From Centroscyllium fabricii (Eukaryota): a stretch of 64,000 nucleotides of DNA. Shown here one piece after another: positions 24,307 through 35,014 of this stretch. Position numbers and translations under genes: made by a program. Numbering within the stretch: position 1 is the first letter of the stretch; every line of letters begins with the position of its first letter. The stretch is taken from NCBI GenBank assembly GCA_051313645.2, contig JBNRSN020000006.1, positions 11,346,001 to 11,410,000 of the forward strand, given 5' to 3'. The notes under the pieces are model-generated. The model was not told the DNA's origin. It ran no database searches and saw only the letters and a list, made by a program, of their open reading frames with translations.

Positions 24307-25400
24307 CAAGTTCCACTCATCCATCACCCTGTCCTTGCTGACCTACATTGGCTCCTAGACCCCCAAGTGTAATACTTTCATACTGGTGGTTAAATCATTC
24401 ATGGCCGCAGCCCCTCCCTATCTCTGTAATCCCCTCCAGCCCTAGAACCTTCCCACAAACTGCATTCCTCTGACTCTGAGCATCACCCCCTCCCTTTGAC
24501 TGTACCTTCAGCCACTTGGGCCCCATAATGTGGAATTCCCTCCCTCCACCTCCCTCTCCTCCTTTAAGCCTCTCCGCAAAGCCCACCCCTTGGACCAAGC
24601 TTTTGGTCACCCCACCTAGTATCTCCAATTAGCTTCCAGTTTGTAATGGATTATGTTTCTGTGAAGCACCTGGGACTGTTTCTCTATGTTAAAGGCACTA
24701 TATAAATGCAAATTTTTGTTGTTGTTAAAGTTTTTCAGTACTGCCACATGGTTCAAATATGTAACTAATCTATTATGCTCATCTAGGTTTTTTGCTAAAA
24801 ATAGTATGTAGGGAAAACTCTAGGCTGTGGTGAATCACAGGTAGATGTAGAGTAAAGCTCCCTTTTCCCCATCCCAATAGTTTGGTTTGATTGTAGATAG
24901 AGTACTAGAGCATTTGTGTGAAGTTTCTAGTTTTCCAAAATGGTCATCCCAAGAGCGTGTTATGGCTGCCAACTTATTGCCAGTCTGTTAAATTATATCA
25001 CGGGACCGTGGTGTGCATGTCCACAGATTCCTGAAGTGAGCAAGACAGGTAGATAAGGTGGTTAAGAAGGCATAGGGTAATTTCCTTTATTAGCTGCGGC
25101 TTAGGATACAAGAGCAGGGAGGTTAGGCTTGAACTGTATAAAACACTAGTTAGGCTGCAGCTAGAATACTGGGTGCAGTTCTGGTCACCACATTACAAGA
25201 AAGATGTGATTGCACTAGAGAGGGTGCAGAGGAGATTTACAAGGATGTTGCCAGGACTGGAGAATTTTAGCAACGAGGAAAGATTGGAGAGGCAGGGGTT
25301 GTTTTCTTCAGAACAGAGGTGGCTGAGGGGAGACTTAATAGAGGTGTATAAAATTATGAGGGGCCGAGATAGAGCGGATAGAAAGGACCTATTTCCCTTA

Positions 25401-26020
25401 GGGCGGCATGGTGGCATAGTGGTTAGCACTGTTGTCTCACAGCACTAGAGACTCCGGTTCAAATCCGGCCTCGGGAACTATCTGTGTGGAGTTTGCACAT
25501 TCTCCCCGTGTCTGCGTGGGTTTCCTCCGGGTGCTCCGGTTTCCTCCCACAGTCCAAAGATGTGCGGGTTAGGTTGATTGGCCAGGATAAATTGACCCTT
25601 AGTATTAGGGCGATTGAATATGTGGGGTAACGGGGATAGGGTGGGATATGTGTCGGTGCAGGCTCGATGGGGATTGGGGGATATGGGGACAAGGCAGGGA
25701 CAGGGTGATGCGTGATCAATTATACTCGAGTTGAGGCTGAGAATACAACTGAGGCTTTTATTCACTAAGAACCCTGGACATTCTTAGACTGACCGGCAAC
25801 TCCTTGTACTGGGCCAGGCTCCCAGAGCTCTGGCCTTTATCAGGTAGGCTAGGGGCGGAGTCAGCTTCAGGCATGCCCGGGCATGTATACACACAGGCAA
25901 ATATATACAACACAGGGTACTCGGTTTGGATGATCAGCCATGATCTCATTGAATGGCGGAGCAGGCTCAAAGGGCCGAATGGCCTACTCCTGCTCCTATC
26001 TTCTATGTTTCTATCTATGT
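25401..26020 (+). mobile_element. HE1-type V-SINE carrying a solo LTR
   Basis: A box TGGCATAGTGG, B box GGTTCAAATCC, V domain GTGTGGAGTTTGCACATTCTCCCCGTGTCTGCGTGGGTTTCCTCCGGGTGCTCCGG, CR1-like tail. Confidence 0.92.
25706..25912 (-). mobile_element. Solo LTR, non-tRNA-PBS Gypsy lineage
   Basis: TG...CA ends, CAGGG TSD, GGCTTTTATT motif 50 bp from the end. Confidence 0.88.
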
Positions 26021-26044
26021 TTAGCAGAGAAGCGAATAACCAGG

Positions 26045-26189
26045 GGTTCCCCTTTGTCTACTCCACTAGTTACATCCTCAAAGAACTCCAATAGGTTTGT
26101 CAAACAGGATTCCCCTTTTATAAATCCATGTTGACTCTGCCCAATCTTCCTATTAGTTTCTAGGTGTGCAGTTATTGCATCCTTTATAA
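26045..26189 (-). mobile_element. CR1 RT fragment
   Basis: Homologous to 775-925. Confidence 0.7.
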
Positions 26190-26462
26190 GCAGTTGGATG
26201 AGACTGGGACTGCATTTGAGGAACTCAAGGAAGGAGCAATGCAGCAGATGACCATATTGCTGATCACCTCTATCATATCCGTGTTTCTTAGAGATGAACC
26301 AGGCTAGAGAAAGGGCAGTAAAGCAAAAATCTGGGATATCAAGTGTGGGCTTATTGAGAAGGGGGTTATGATGGCAGGTTTGAAAAGCGTGGGGTCAATG
26401 GCAGAGCATATTTCATTGAGTCACATTTGCCTACAGAATAAAAATTTGCATCTTGTACTCAC

Positions 26463-26513
26463 GTGCAAATCTTGCAAGTGGACACGGATTTCGATCAGTT
26501 TTTTCATTAGCAA
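26463..26513 (-). other. Candidate 51-nt exon of an unidentified host transcript
   Basis: Minus strand ccttttgcattttttttcag|TTGCTAATG...GATTTGCAC|gtgagt; length is a multiple of 3; two open frames; lies in a non-repeat island. Confidence 0.33.
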
Positions 26514-26987
26514 CTGAAAAAAAATGCAAAAGGTCTTCTTAGCAATCGCTTCCATTGAACCACTCATTCAAATATATTGCATTGAGTTTCATTGGAACAA
26601 ATTTTGTTCTGTTGTCAGTTTTGGCTTCAAAACACAAATGTTCTATTGGATTAACAAGGGCATTTCCGCACTGGAGACAAAATCAAAGAATCAGAGAAAT
26701 GTACAGCACCGAAGGAGGCCATTCGGCCCATCATGTCTGCACTGGCATAAAAAGAGCTCTCCAGACTAATCCCATTTTCCAGCTCTTGGTCCGTAGCACG
26801 GTAGGTTACATCACCTCAAGTGCAGACTCAAGTACTTTTTAAATGTGATGACGGTTTCTGCCTCGATCACCCTTTCAGGCAATGAGTTCCAGACCCTGAC
26901 ATATCGTCAATAATACTAAAGACGAGTAGTTACCTTAACTACAGGCTTTTATTAGCTTAACGATGGAGCTAGTCTCCAGTTGAACAT

Positions 26988-27262
26988 CATAGAAACATAG
27001 AAGATAGGAGCAGGAGTAGGCCATTCGGCCCTTCGAGCCTGCTCCGCCATTCAATGAGATCATGGCTGATCATCCAAACCCAGTACCCTGTCCCTACCTT
27101 GTCCCCATATCCCTATCGAGCCTGCACCGACACATATCCCACCCTATCCCCGTAACCCCACATATTCATCCCCCTAACACTAAGGGTCAATTTATCCTGG
27201 CCAATCAACCTAACCCGGCCCCGGCCTGCTAGTCTAGAACGCCCGATCCCAAGTCGACCTCG

Positions 27263-27295
<33 letters not shown>

Positions 27296-27619
27296 GGATG
27301 GGAGACCATCGGGGAAGACCAGGTGCAATAGCAGGCAGTGACCACGGAGGAGGCGCTAACGCGTGGTCAAAAAGCAGACCGTTAACCGGTCTGTTAAAAA
27401 CTCCATCCACCACTTCGAAAGAAGATACGACAAGAAGAAGAAGAACCTAACCCGCACATCTTTGGACTGTGGGAGGAAACCGGAGCACCCGGAGGAAACC
27501 GACGCAGACATGGGGAGAATGTGCAAACTCCACAGAGATAGTCACCCGAGGCTGGATTTGAACCCGGGTCTCCAGTGCTGTAAGGCAACAGTGCTAACCA
27601 CTGTGCCACCGTGCTGCCC
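26988..27619 (-). mobile_element. HE1-type V-SINE interrupted by a 5S-derived SINE
   Basis: Reverse complement of the SINEs at 25401 and 54686. Confidence 0.9.
27218..27443 (+). mobile_element. 5S rRNA-derived SINE (SINE3-like) with (AAG)n tail
   Basis: 5S head CTCGGAAGCTAAGCAGAGTCAGGCCTGGTCAGTACTTGGATGGGAGACC, ~100 bp non-5S body, AAG tail, 11-bp TSD AACCTAACCCG. Confidence 0.85.
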
Positions 27620-28345
27620 TCAATGCAAATAGCACAGAATGACTGGGGGCAGGGCAGACCTCACCTATAAGGCTCCCACCTGAGGGGAGGAGTTAGACGT
27701 GTGGCTGACCTGGCCTTACAACAGTGAATACACCAAGCAACTATATACATTGGTCATGTGGTGCAATACAACTACAATACAACTATATACAGTGGTAATA
27801 TGATTACCACAGACCCCCACCACCCTCTGGATGAAAGAATTTCCCCTCAAAGCCCCGCTAAACCTTCTACCAATTACTTTAAATCTCTGCCCCCTGGTTA
27901 TTGACCCCTCTGCTAAGGGAAATAGGTCCTTCCTATCCGCTTTATCCAGGCCCCTCATCATTTTATGCACCTCAATTAAATCTCCCCTCAGCTTCCTCTG
28001 TTGCAAAGAAAACGACCCCAGCCTCTCCAATCTTCCCTCATAGCTAAAACTCTCCAGTCCTGGCAACATCCTCGTAAATCTCCTCTGTACCCTCTCTAGT
28101 GCAATCACATCCTTCCTGTAATGTGGTGACCAGAACTGCGCGCAGTACTCTAGCTGCAGCCTAACCAGTGTTTTATACAGTTCAAGCATAACCTCTCTGC
28201 TCTTATATTCGATGCCTCAGCTAATAAAGGAAAGTATCCCACATGCCTTCTTAACCACCTTATCTACCTGTCCTGCTACCTTCAGGGATCTGTGGACATG
28301 CACTCCAAGGTCCCTTTGTTCCTCTACACTTCTCAGTGTCCTACC

Positions 28346-28627
28346 TGACGTATCGTCAATAATATAAAGACGCGTAGTTACCTTAACTATAGGCTTTTAT
28401 TAGCTTTACAAAGGAGCTAAGCACCGGTCGAACATCAGGTACAGAATGAATGGGGGCAGGTCAGACCCCACCTAAAAGGCACTCACCTGAGGGGAGGAGT
28501 TAGAGGTGTGGCTGACCTGACCCTGCGACAGTGTCGTAATACAAAAACTATGTACAGTGCACCCAGCCGCTATACATGCTGGTTTATATTGTGCTTCACT
28601 ATTACAGTGGTAATAACGGTTACCACA
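28346..28627 (-). mobile_element. Solo LTR
   Basis: TGACGTATCGTCA...TACCACA; CTACC TSD. Confidence 0.92.
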
Positions 28628-30045
28628 CTACCATTTATTGTGTATTCTCTTTCCCCGTTAGCCCTCCCCAAATGCATTACCTCACACTTCTCCAGATTGA
28701 ATTCCATTCGCCAATTTTCTGCCAACCTGACCAGTCCATTGATATCTTCCTACAGTCTACAGCTTTCTTCCTCACTATCGACCACATGGCCAATTATTGT
28801 GTCATCTGTAAACGCCCTGATATTGAAGTCTAAATCATTGATATATACCACAAAATGCAAGGGACCCAGTAGTAAGCCCTGCGGAACCCACTGGAAACAG
28901 TCTTCCAGTCACACAAACATGTGTTGACCATTTACCCTTTGCTTCCTGCCACTGAGCCAATTTTGGATCCAATTTGCCACTTCCCCTTGGATCCCAGGAG
29001 CTTTTACTTTTCTGACCCGTCTGCCATGTGGGACCTTGTCAAAAGCCTTGCTCAAATCCATGTAGACTACATCAAATGTGCTACCTTCATCGACCCTCCT
29101 TGTTACCTCCTCAAAAAATTCAAATCAAGTTAGTGAGACACGACCTTCCATTAACAAATCCATGCTGACTGTCCTTGATTAATCTGTGCATTCCTAAATG
29201 ATGATTAATACTGTCCCTCAGAATTTTTTCCAATAATTCTCCCACCACTCAGGTTAGGCTGAGAGGCCTGTAATTTCTCAGTCTATCCCTTTCTCCCTTT
29301 TTAAACAACGGTAGAATGTTAGTAGTCCTTCAGTCCCCCGGCACCACACCTGTAGCCAGAGAGGATTGGAAAATGATGGTCAGGGCCTCTGTTATTTCCT
29401 CCCCCACTTCTGTTAACAACCTGGGATACATTTCATCCGAGCCTGGCGAAATTATCTACTTTCAAAGATGCTAAACCCCTTAATACTTCCTCTCTCACTA
29501 TGTTTATCTCATCTAATATTTCACACTCCTCCTTAACTACAATGTTTTTATCATCTCTCTCTTTTGTGAAGACAGATGCAAAATATTTACTAAGAATCGT
29601 AACCATGCATCTCTCACCACACATAGACAAAGGTTACCTTTTTGGTCTCTAATAGACCCTACTCTTTCCTTAGTTATCCTCTTGCTCTTTATGTATTTAT
29701 AAAACATCTTTGAGTTTTCCTTGCCAATATTTTCATGCCCTCTTTTTGCTTTCCTAATTTCCTTTTTAATTTCACCCTTGCACTTTCTATACTCCTCTCG
29801 GCTTTCTGCAGTATTGAGCCCTCGGTATCGGACATAAGGTTCCCTTTTTTGCCTTTTCCTACCCTGTATACCCCGCGACATCCAGCGGGCTCTAGATTTT
29901 GGAGTTCCACCCTTTATCCTTCTAGGAACATACTTGCTCTGAACTCTCACTGTCTCCTCCTTGAATGCCTCCCACTGTTCGGACACTGATTTACCTTCAA
30001 GTAGCTATTTCCAGTCCACTTTTGCTAAATTACATCCCAGCTTAG

Positions 30046-30315
30046 TGACGTATCGTCAATTAAGACACAAAGACGAATAGCTACCTCAACGAAAGGCTTT
30101 TATTAACTATAGAATGGAGCGTGTCTCAGCTGAGCTCGGGTCTGTACTGACCGGGGGATGGTAGGCAATTACCTATATACCTGGACTCAACGGGAGGAGT
30201 CAGAGGTGGGTCAGCTGAGGCAGGCTCCTGTATACAGATATCTACATATGTACAGTGGTGCATTATGGTACCATTACAGTGGCACAATACAGTGGTGAAA
30301 TACAGGTTTACCACA
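30046..30315 (-). mobile_element. Solo LTR
   Basis: TGACGTATCGTCA...TACCACA; CTTAG TSD. Confidence 0.92.
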
Positions 30316-31310
30316 CTTAGTAAAATTGGCTTTTCTCCAATCGAGATCTTTTACTCCCGGTCTAACGTTGTCCTTTTCCATAACTACGCTAACTCTAACT
30401 GAATTATGATCACTACCACCAAAATGCTCTCCCACTGCTGCCCCTTCCACCTGACCAGCTTCATTCCCTAAATCTAAGTCCAGAACTGGCCTCCCTCTTG
30501 TTGGGCTTGCTACATACAGGCTAAAAAAGTTCTCCTGAATGAATTTTAAGAATTCAGCACCCTCTATACCTTTTACAATCATTCTATTCCAGTTAATATT
30601 AGGGTGGCTGAAATCACCTACTATTACTGCCCTATTGTTTTTGCACTTCAGAAATTTGCCTACATATTTGCTCTTTAATCACCCTCTGACTGTTTGGAGG
30701 TCTATATTACAGTCCCAGCAGTGAGATTGCACCATTTTGTTCTTCAGTTCAACCCACATGGCCTCATTTGATGATCCTTCCAAGATATCATCCCTCCTCA
30801 CAGCTGTAATTGTTTATTTAACCAATATTGCAACCCTCTCATCCATTTTTATCCCTCTCTATCTCCTCTGAAAACCCTGCAACCAGAAATGTTGAGCTAC
30901 CATTCCTGCCCTTCTTTAAACCATGTTTCGTTAACAGCTATAACATTATTTCAATAGACTTCTTGCATTGAAGTATATAGCATTCAGCGCTGCCAAACTC
31001 CTTTGTTGTCTATTTTCTAGCCTCTGTTTCCTCTGCCTTCCAAATATACTTAGAATTGTCTGCCTTCCATTTGCACTGTCTCAACGTCTCACCAGGTAAT
31101 TGAAAGGTTATTAGGGCATGCTATTTTAACAACCATTACTTTCGTACTCATGGATCTTTCTTGGCATTGGAACAGAGAATGCAATGGAGAGTATAACGGA
31201 GAACATAATGGAGAATGCAAAGTAGAGCATTGGGACATTTTGCTACATTAAAGGCAGTATACAAATGCAAGTTCTTGCTGTTGTTGACAACAACGCCGAA
31301 TCCAACAGGT

Positions 31311-31590
31311 AATAATAATAATTCAACTTTATTGTCATTATACAATGTACAAGTACATGAACAATGAAATGTGATCTTGCAAGCTCCCAAGAGTCCAGCA
31401 AAGCCGCTGCATCTGTGCGCGTCGCCATTCCACCTTTCCATCATTCCGACAATCTTCAGCCAACCACCCCTCCCCGGGGTTCCTTCCGGGCCCTTCTACA
31501 CCTGCTATTACCTGGTGGTCACTCATGCAAGTACTAACCAAGCCTGGCTTTGCTTAGCTTCCAAGCCTTGCCAGTGACCCTGACCCTGTC
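31311..31590 (-). mobile_element. Second 5S-derived SINE with Rex1-like 3' tail
   Basis: Minus strand GGAAGCTAAGCAAAGCCAGGCTTGGTTAGTACTTGCATGAGTGACC (5S internal control region), then a body, then TTTCATTGTTCATGTACTTGTACATTGTATAATGACAATAAAGTTGAATATTATTATT. Confidence 0.7.
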
Positions 31591-31786
31591 ACAATGCAGA
31601 GTGCAACAGGTGAGTACAATGGAGAGTGCAACAGGTGAGTACAACGCAGAGTGCAACAGGTGAGTACAATGCAGATTGCAACAGGTAAGTAGAACATAGA
31701 ATTCAACAGGTGAGTACAATACAGAGTGCAACAGGTGAGTACAATGCAAAATGCAACAGGTGAGTACAACACAGAATTCAACAGGT
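31591..31786. repeat. 25-bp minisatellite (GAGTACAATGCAGAGTGCAACAGGT), segment 1
   Basis: Direct reading. Confidence 0.92.
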
Positions 31787-33172
31787 GAAACATAGAAACA
31801 TAAAAGGTAGGAGCAGGAGTAGGCCATTCGGCCCCTCGAGCCTGCTCCACCATTCAATGCGATCATGGCTGATCATCCAAACTCAGTACCCCGTACCTGC
31901 TTTCTCTCCATATCCCTTGATCCCTTTAGCGTTAAGAAATATATCCAACTCTTTCTTGAATATATTTAATGAAATGGCCTCCACTGCCTTCTGTGGTAGA
32001 GAATTCCACAGGTTCACCACTCTCAGTGAAGAAATTCCTCATCTCTGTCCGAAATGGGTGACCCCTGATTCTGGACTCCTCGGCCATCGGGAACATCCTT
32101 CCTGCATCTAGTCTGTCCCGTCCTGTTAGAACTTTATAAGTTTCAATGAGATCCCCTCTCATTCTTCTAAACTCCAGCGAGTACAGGCCCAATCAACCCA
32201 AATCCCCTCATACGTCATTCCTGCCATCCCAGGTATCAGCCTGGTGAATCTTCACTGCACTCCTTCCATGGCAAGAACATCCTTCCTCAGATAAGGCGAC
32301 CAAAACTGCACACAATACTCAAGGTGTGGTCTCACCAAGGTCCTGTACAACTGCAGCAAGACACCCTTGTTCCTGTACTCAAACCCTCTCACTACGAAAG
32401 CCAACATACCATTTGCCTTCTTAACCGCCTGCTGCACCTGCATGCTTACCATCAATGACTGGTGCACAAGGACACCCCGGTCTCATTGCACTTCCCCTTC
32501 TCCCAATCTATTGCCATTCAGATAATATTTTACCAGTTACATCCTCAAAAAATTCCAGTAGATTAGTCAAGCACGATTTACCTTTTATAAATCCATGTTG
32601 ATTTTGTCCAATCCTGTCACTGTTTTCCAAGTGCTCTGCTATTACATCCTTTATAATGGACTCTAGCATTTTCCCCACTACCGATGTCAGGTTTACTGGT
32701 CTGTAATTCCCTGTTTTCCCTCTACCACCTTTTTGAACAGTGGGGTAATGTTAGCTACCCTCCAATCCATGGGTACTCTTCCAGAGTCTATCGAATTTTG
32801 GAAGATGATCAGCAATGCATCTATTATTTCTAGGGCCACTTCCTTAAGTACCCTAGGATGTAGATTATAAGGCCCTGAGGATTTATCGGCCTTCAATCCC
32901 GTCAATTTCTCGAACACCATTTCCCGACAATTACTGATTTCTATCAGTTCCTCCCTTGCATTAGCCCCATGTTCCTCGACATCTCCGGGAGGTTGTTTGT
33001 GTCCTCCTTTGTGAAGACAGAACCAAAGTATGTATTTAATTGGCCTGCCATTTCTTTGTTACCCATTATAAATTCCCCTGATTCTGACTGCAAGGGATCT
33101 ATGCTTGACTTCAACAATCTTTTTCTCTTCACATATCTATAAAAGCTTTTAGTGTCAGTTTTTATGTTACCT
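31787..33172 (-). mobile_element. CR1 fragment with internal deletion
   Basis: CR1 tail plus RT peptides (31932-33132). Confidence 0.88.
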
Positions 33173-33780
33173 GTGAGTACAATGCAGAGGGCAACAGGTG
33201 ATTACAATGAAGAGTGCAACAGGTGAGTACAATGCAGATTACAACAGGTGATTACAAGGAAGAGTGTAACATGTCAGGACAATGCAGAGTGCAACAGGTG
33301 ACTATAACACAGAATTCAACAGGTGAGCACATCGCAGACTGCAATAGGTGATTACAATGCAGAATGCAACAGGTGATTACAATGCAGAATGCAACAGGTG
33401 AGTACAATGCAGGGTGCAGCAGCTGAGTGCAACACATAATTCAGCAGGTGAGTACAACACAGATTGCAACAGGTGAGTACAATGCAGAGTGCAACAGGTG
33501 AACACACTGCTGTGTGGAACAGGTGAACACTTTGCAGTGTACAACAGATAAGTAAAAAGCAGAGTGCAACAGGGAATGGAACGCACAGTGCAACAGGCGA
33601 GTACAAATCAGACTGCAACAGGTGAGTATAACAGACTACAACAAGTAAATATAAGAGCGAACAGGCGAGTTCAATGCAGCGTGCATAAGGTGAGCACAAT
33701 GCAGTGGGCAAAAGGTGAGTACAATGCAGTGGGCAAAAGGTGAGTACAATGCAGAGTGCAACAGGTGATTACAATGAAGC
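33173..33780. repeat. 25-bp minisatellite, segment 2 (degenerate)
   Basis: Direct reading. Confidence 0.9.
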
Positions 33781-35014
33781 GTGATCACATTATATAAGAA
33801 ATAGGAGCAGGAGTAGGCCAATCGGCCCCTCGAGCCCGCTCCGCCATTCAACAAGATCACAGCTGATCTGATCCTAACCTCAATTTTATTTTTACTCTCC
33901 ATCCCGCCCAAACCCATGTGATCACCCGGGAGAGGCGAAAAACCAGATAAAAAACCCAGTGGCCAATTTGGGAGAAAAAATCTGGGAAATTCCTCTCTGA
34001 CCCATCTAGGCGATCGAAAACTGGTCCAGGAGATCACATGGCCGATCTGAACCTAGCCTCACGACCACTTACCTGCCTGCTCACCATAACCCCTAATTCC
34101 CTTTACTTCCAGGAAACTCTTTATCTCTGTTTTAAATGTATTCAATGTAGTAGCTGCCACAGCTCTCTGGGGCAGCAAATTCCACAGCCCCACCACCCTC
34201 TGAGTGAAGAAGTTTCTCCTCATCTCAGTTTTGAAATGGCAGCCCCTTATTCTAAGATTATGCCCCGTAGTCCTAGTTTCGCCCACCATTGGGAACATCC
34301 TCACTGCATCCACCTGATCAAGCCCTCTCACAATCTTATATGTTTCAATAAGATCGCCTCTCATTCTTCTGAACTCCAATGAGTAGAGGTCCAATCTACT
34401 CAGCCTCTCGTCATATGTTAGCCCCCTCATCCCCGGAATTAACCTAGTGAACCTTCTTTGCACTACCTCGAGAGCAAGTATGTCCTTTCTTAAATATGGA
34501 TACCAGAACTGCACGCAGTACGCCAGGTGTGGTCTCACCAATACCCTGTACAACTGCAGCAAGACCTCCCTGCTTTTATACTCCGTCCCCTTAGCAATAA
34601 AAGTCAACATTCCGTTGGCCTTCCTGACCACCTGCTGCACCTGCATTCTAACTTTTTGTGTTTCCTGCACCAGGACCCTTTACACTGAAGTACTTTCCAG
34701 TTTCTTTCCATTTAGATAATAACTCGCTCTATTATTTTTCCTGCCAAAGTGCATAACTTCACACTTTCCAGTACTATATTCCATCTGCCAAATCTCTGCC
34801 CACTCACTTAGCCTATCTATGTCCTGTTGCAGGTTTTTAATGTCCTCCTCACTCATCACACTCCCTCCCATCTTTGTGTCATCCGCAAACTTTGATATGT
34901 TGGACTTGGTCCCTTCCTCCAAATCATTAATATAGATCATAAATAGTTGGGGTCCCAGCACCGACCCTTGTGGAACACCACTAGTCACTGATTGCCAGTC
35001 TGAGAACTAACCAT

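Larger units (their letters stand above)
8718..24726 (+). mobile_element. Old L2 LINE (about 1 kb of its own sequence) split by nested insertions
   Basis: Collinear L2 pieces at ~8718-8926, 10688-10791, 16756-16955, 19741-19764 and 24307-24726, ending in ...AAAGGCACTATATAAATGCAAATTTTTGTTGTTG. The pieces are homologous to the inverted L2 at 16956-19740. Confidence 0.8.
25002..26046 (+). mobile_element. CR1 fragment interrupted by an HE1 SINE
   Basis: QFWSPHYKKDVIALERVQRRFTR; resumes at 26021 after a TTAG repeat. Confidence 0.85.
26897..27811 (-). mobile_element. Solo LTR interrupted by an HE1 SINE
   Basis: TGACATATCGTCA...TACCACA; GACCC TSD; close to the LTRs at 49162 and 53714. Confidence 0.88.
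26688..31075 (-). mobile_element. Decayed CR1 LINE (endonuclease to 3' tail) carrying three solo LTRs
   Basis: Fragmented CR1 ORF2 peptides at 27716-28189, 29537-29986 and 30274-30582; continuous across the LTR TSDs. Confidence 0.88.

Noticed and set aside
19711-24372. Pro/Tyr-rich repetitive ORFs (PYPIVL, RTLSCS)
   Set aside because: Products of the 18-20 bp minisatellite in all frames; the 774-aa ORF is CR1 ORF2 with a repeat-derived N-terminus.
25401-25475. tRNA gene
   Set aside because: The A and B boxes belong to the HE1 SINE head, which continues into the V domain; same at 27545-27619 and 54686-54760.
27218-27340. Functional 5S rRNA gene
   Set aside because: Diverged 5' helix, no T-run terminator after the 5S part, followed by a body and tail and flanked by a TSD; it is a retroposed unit.
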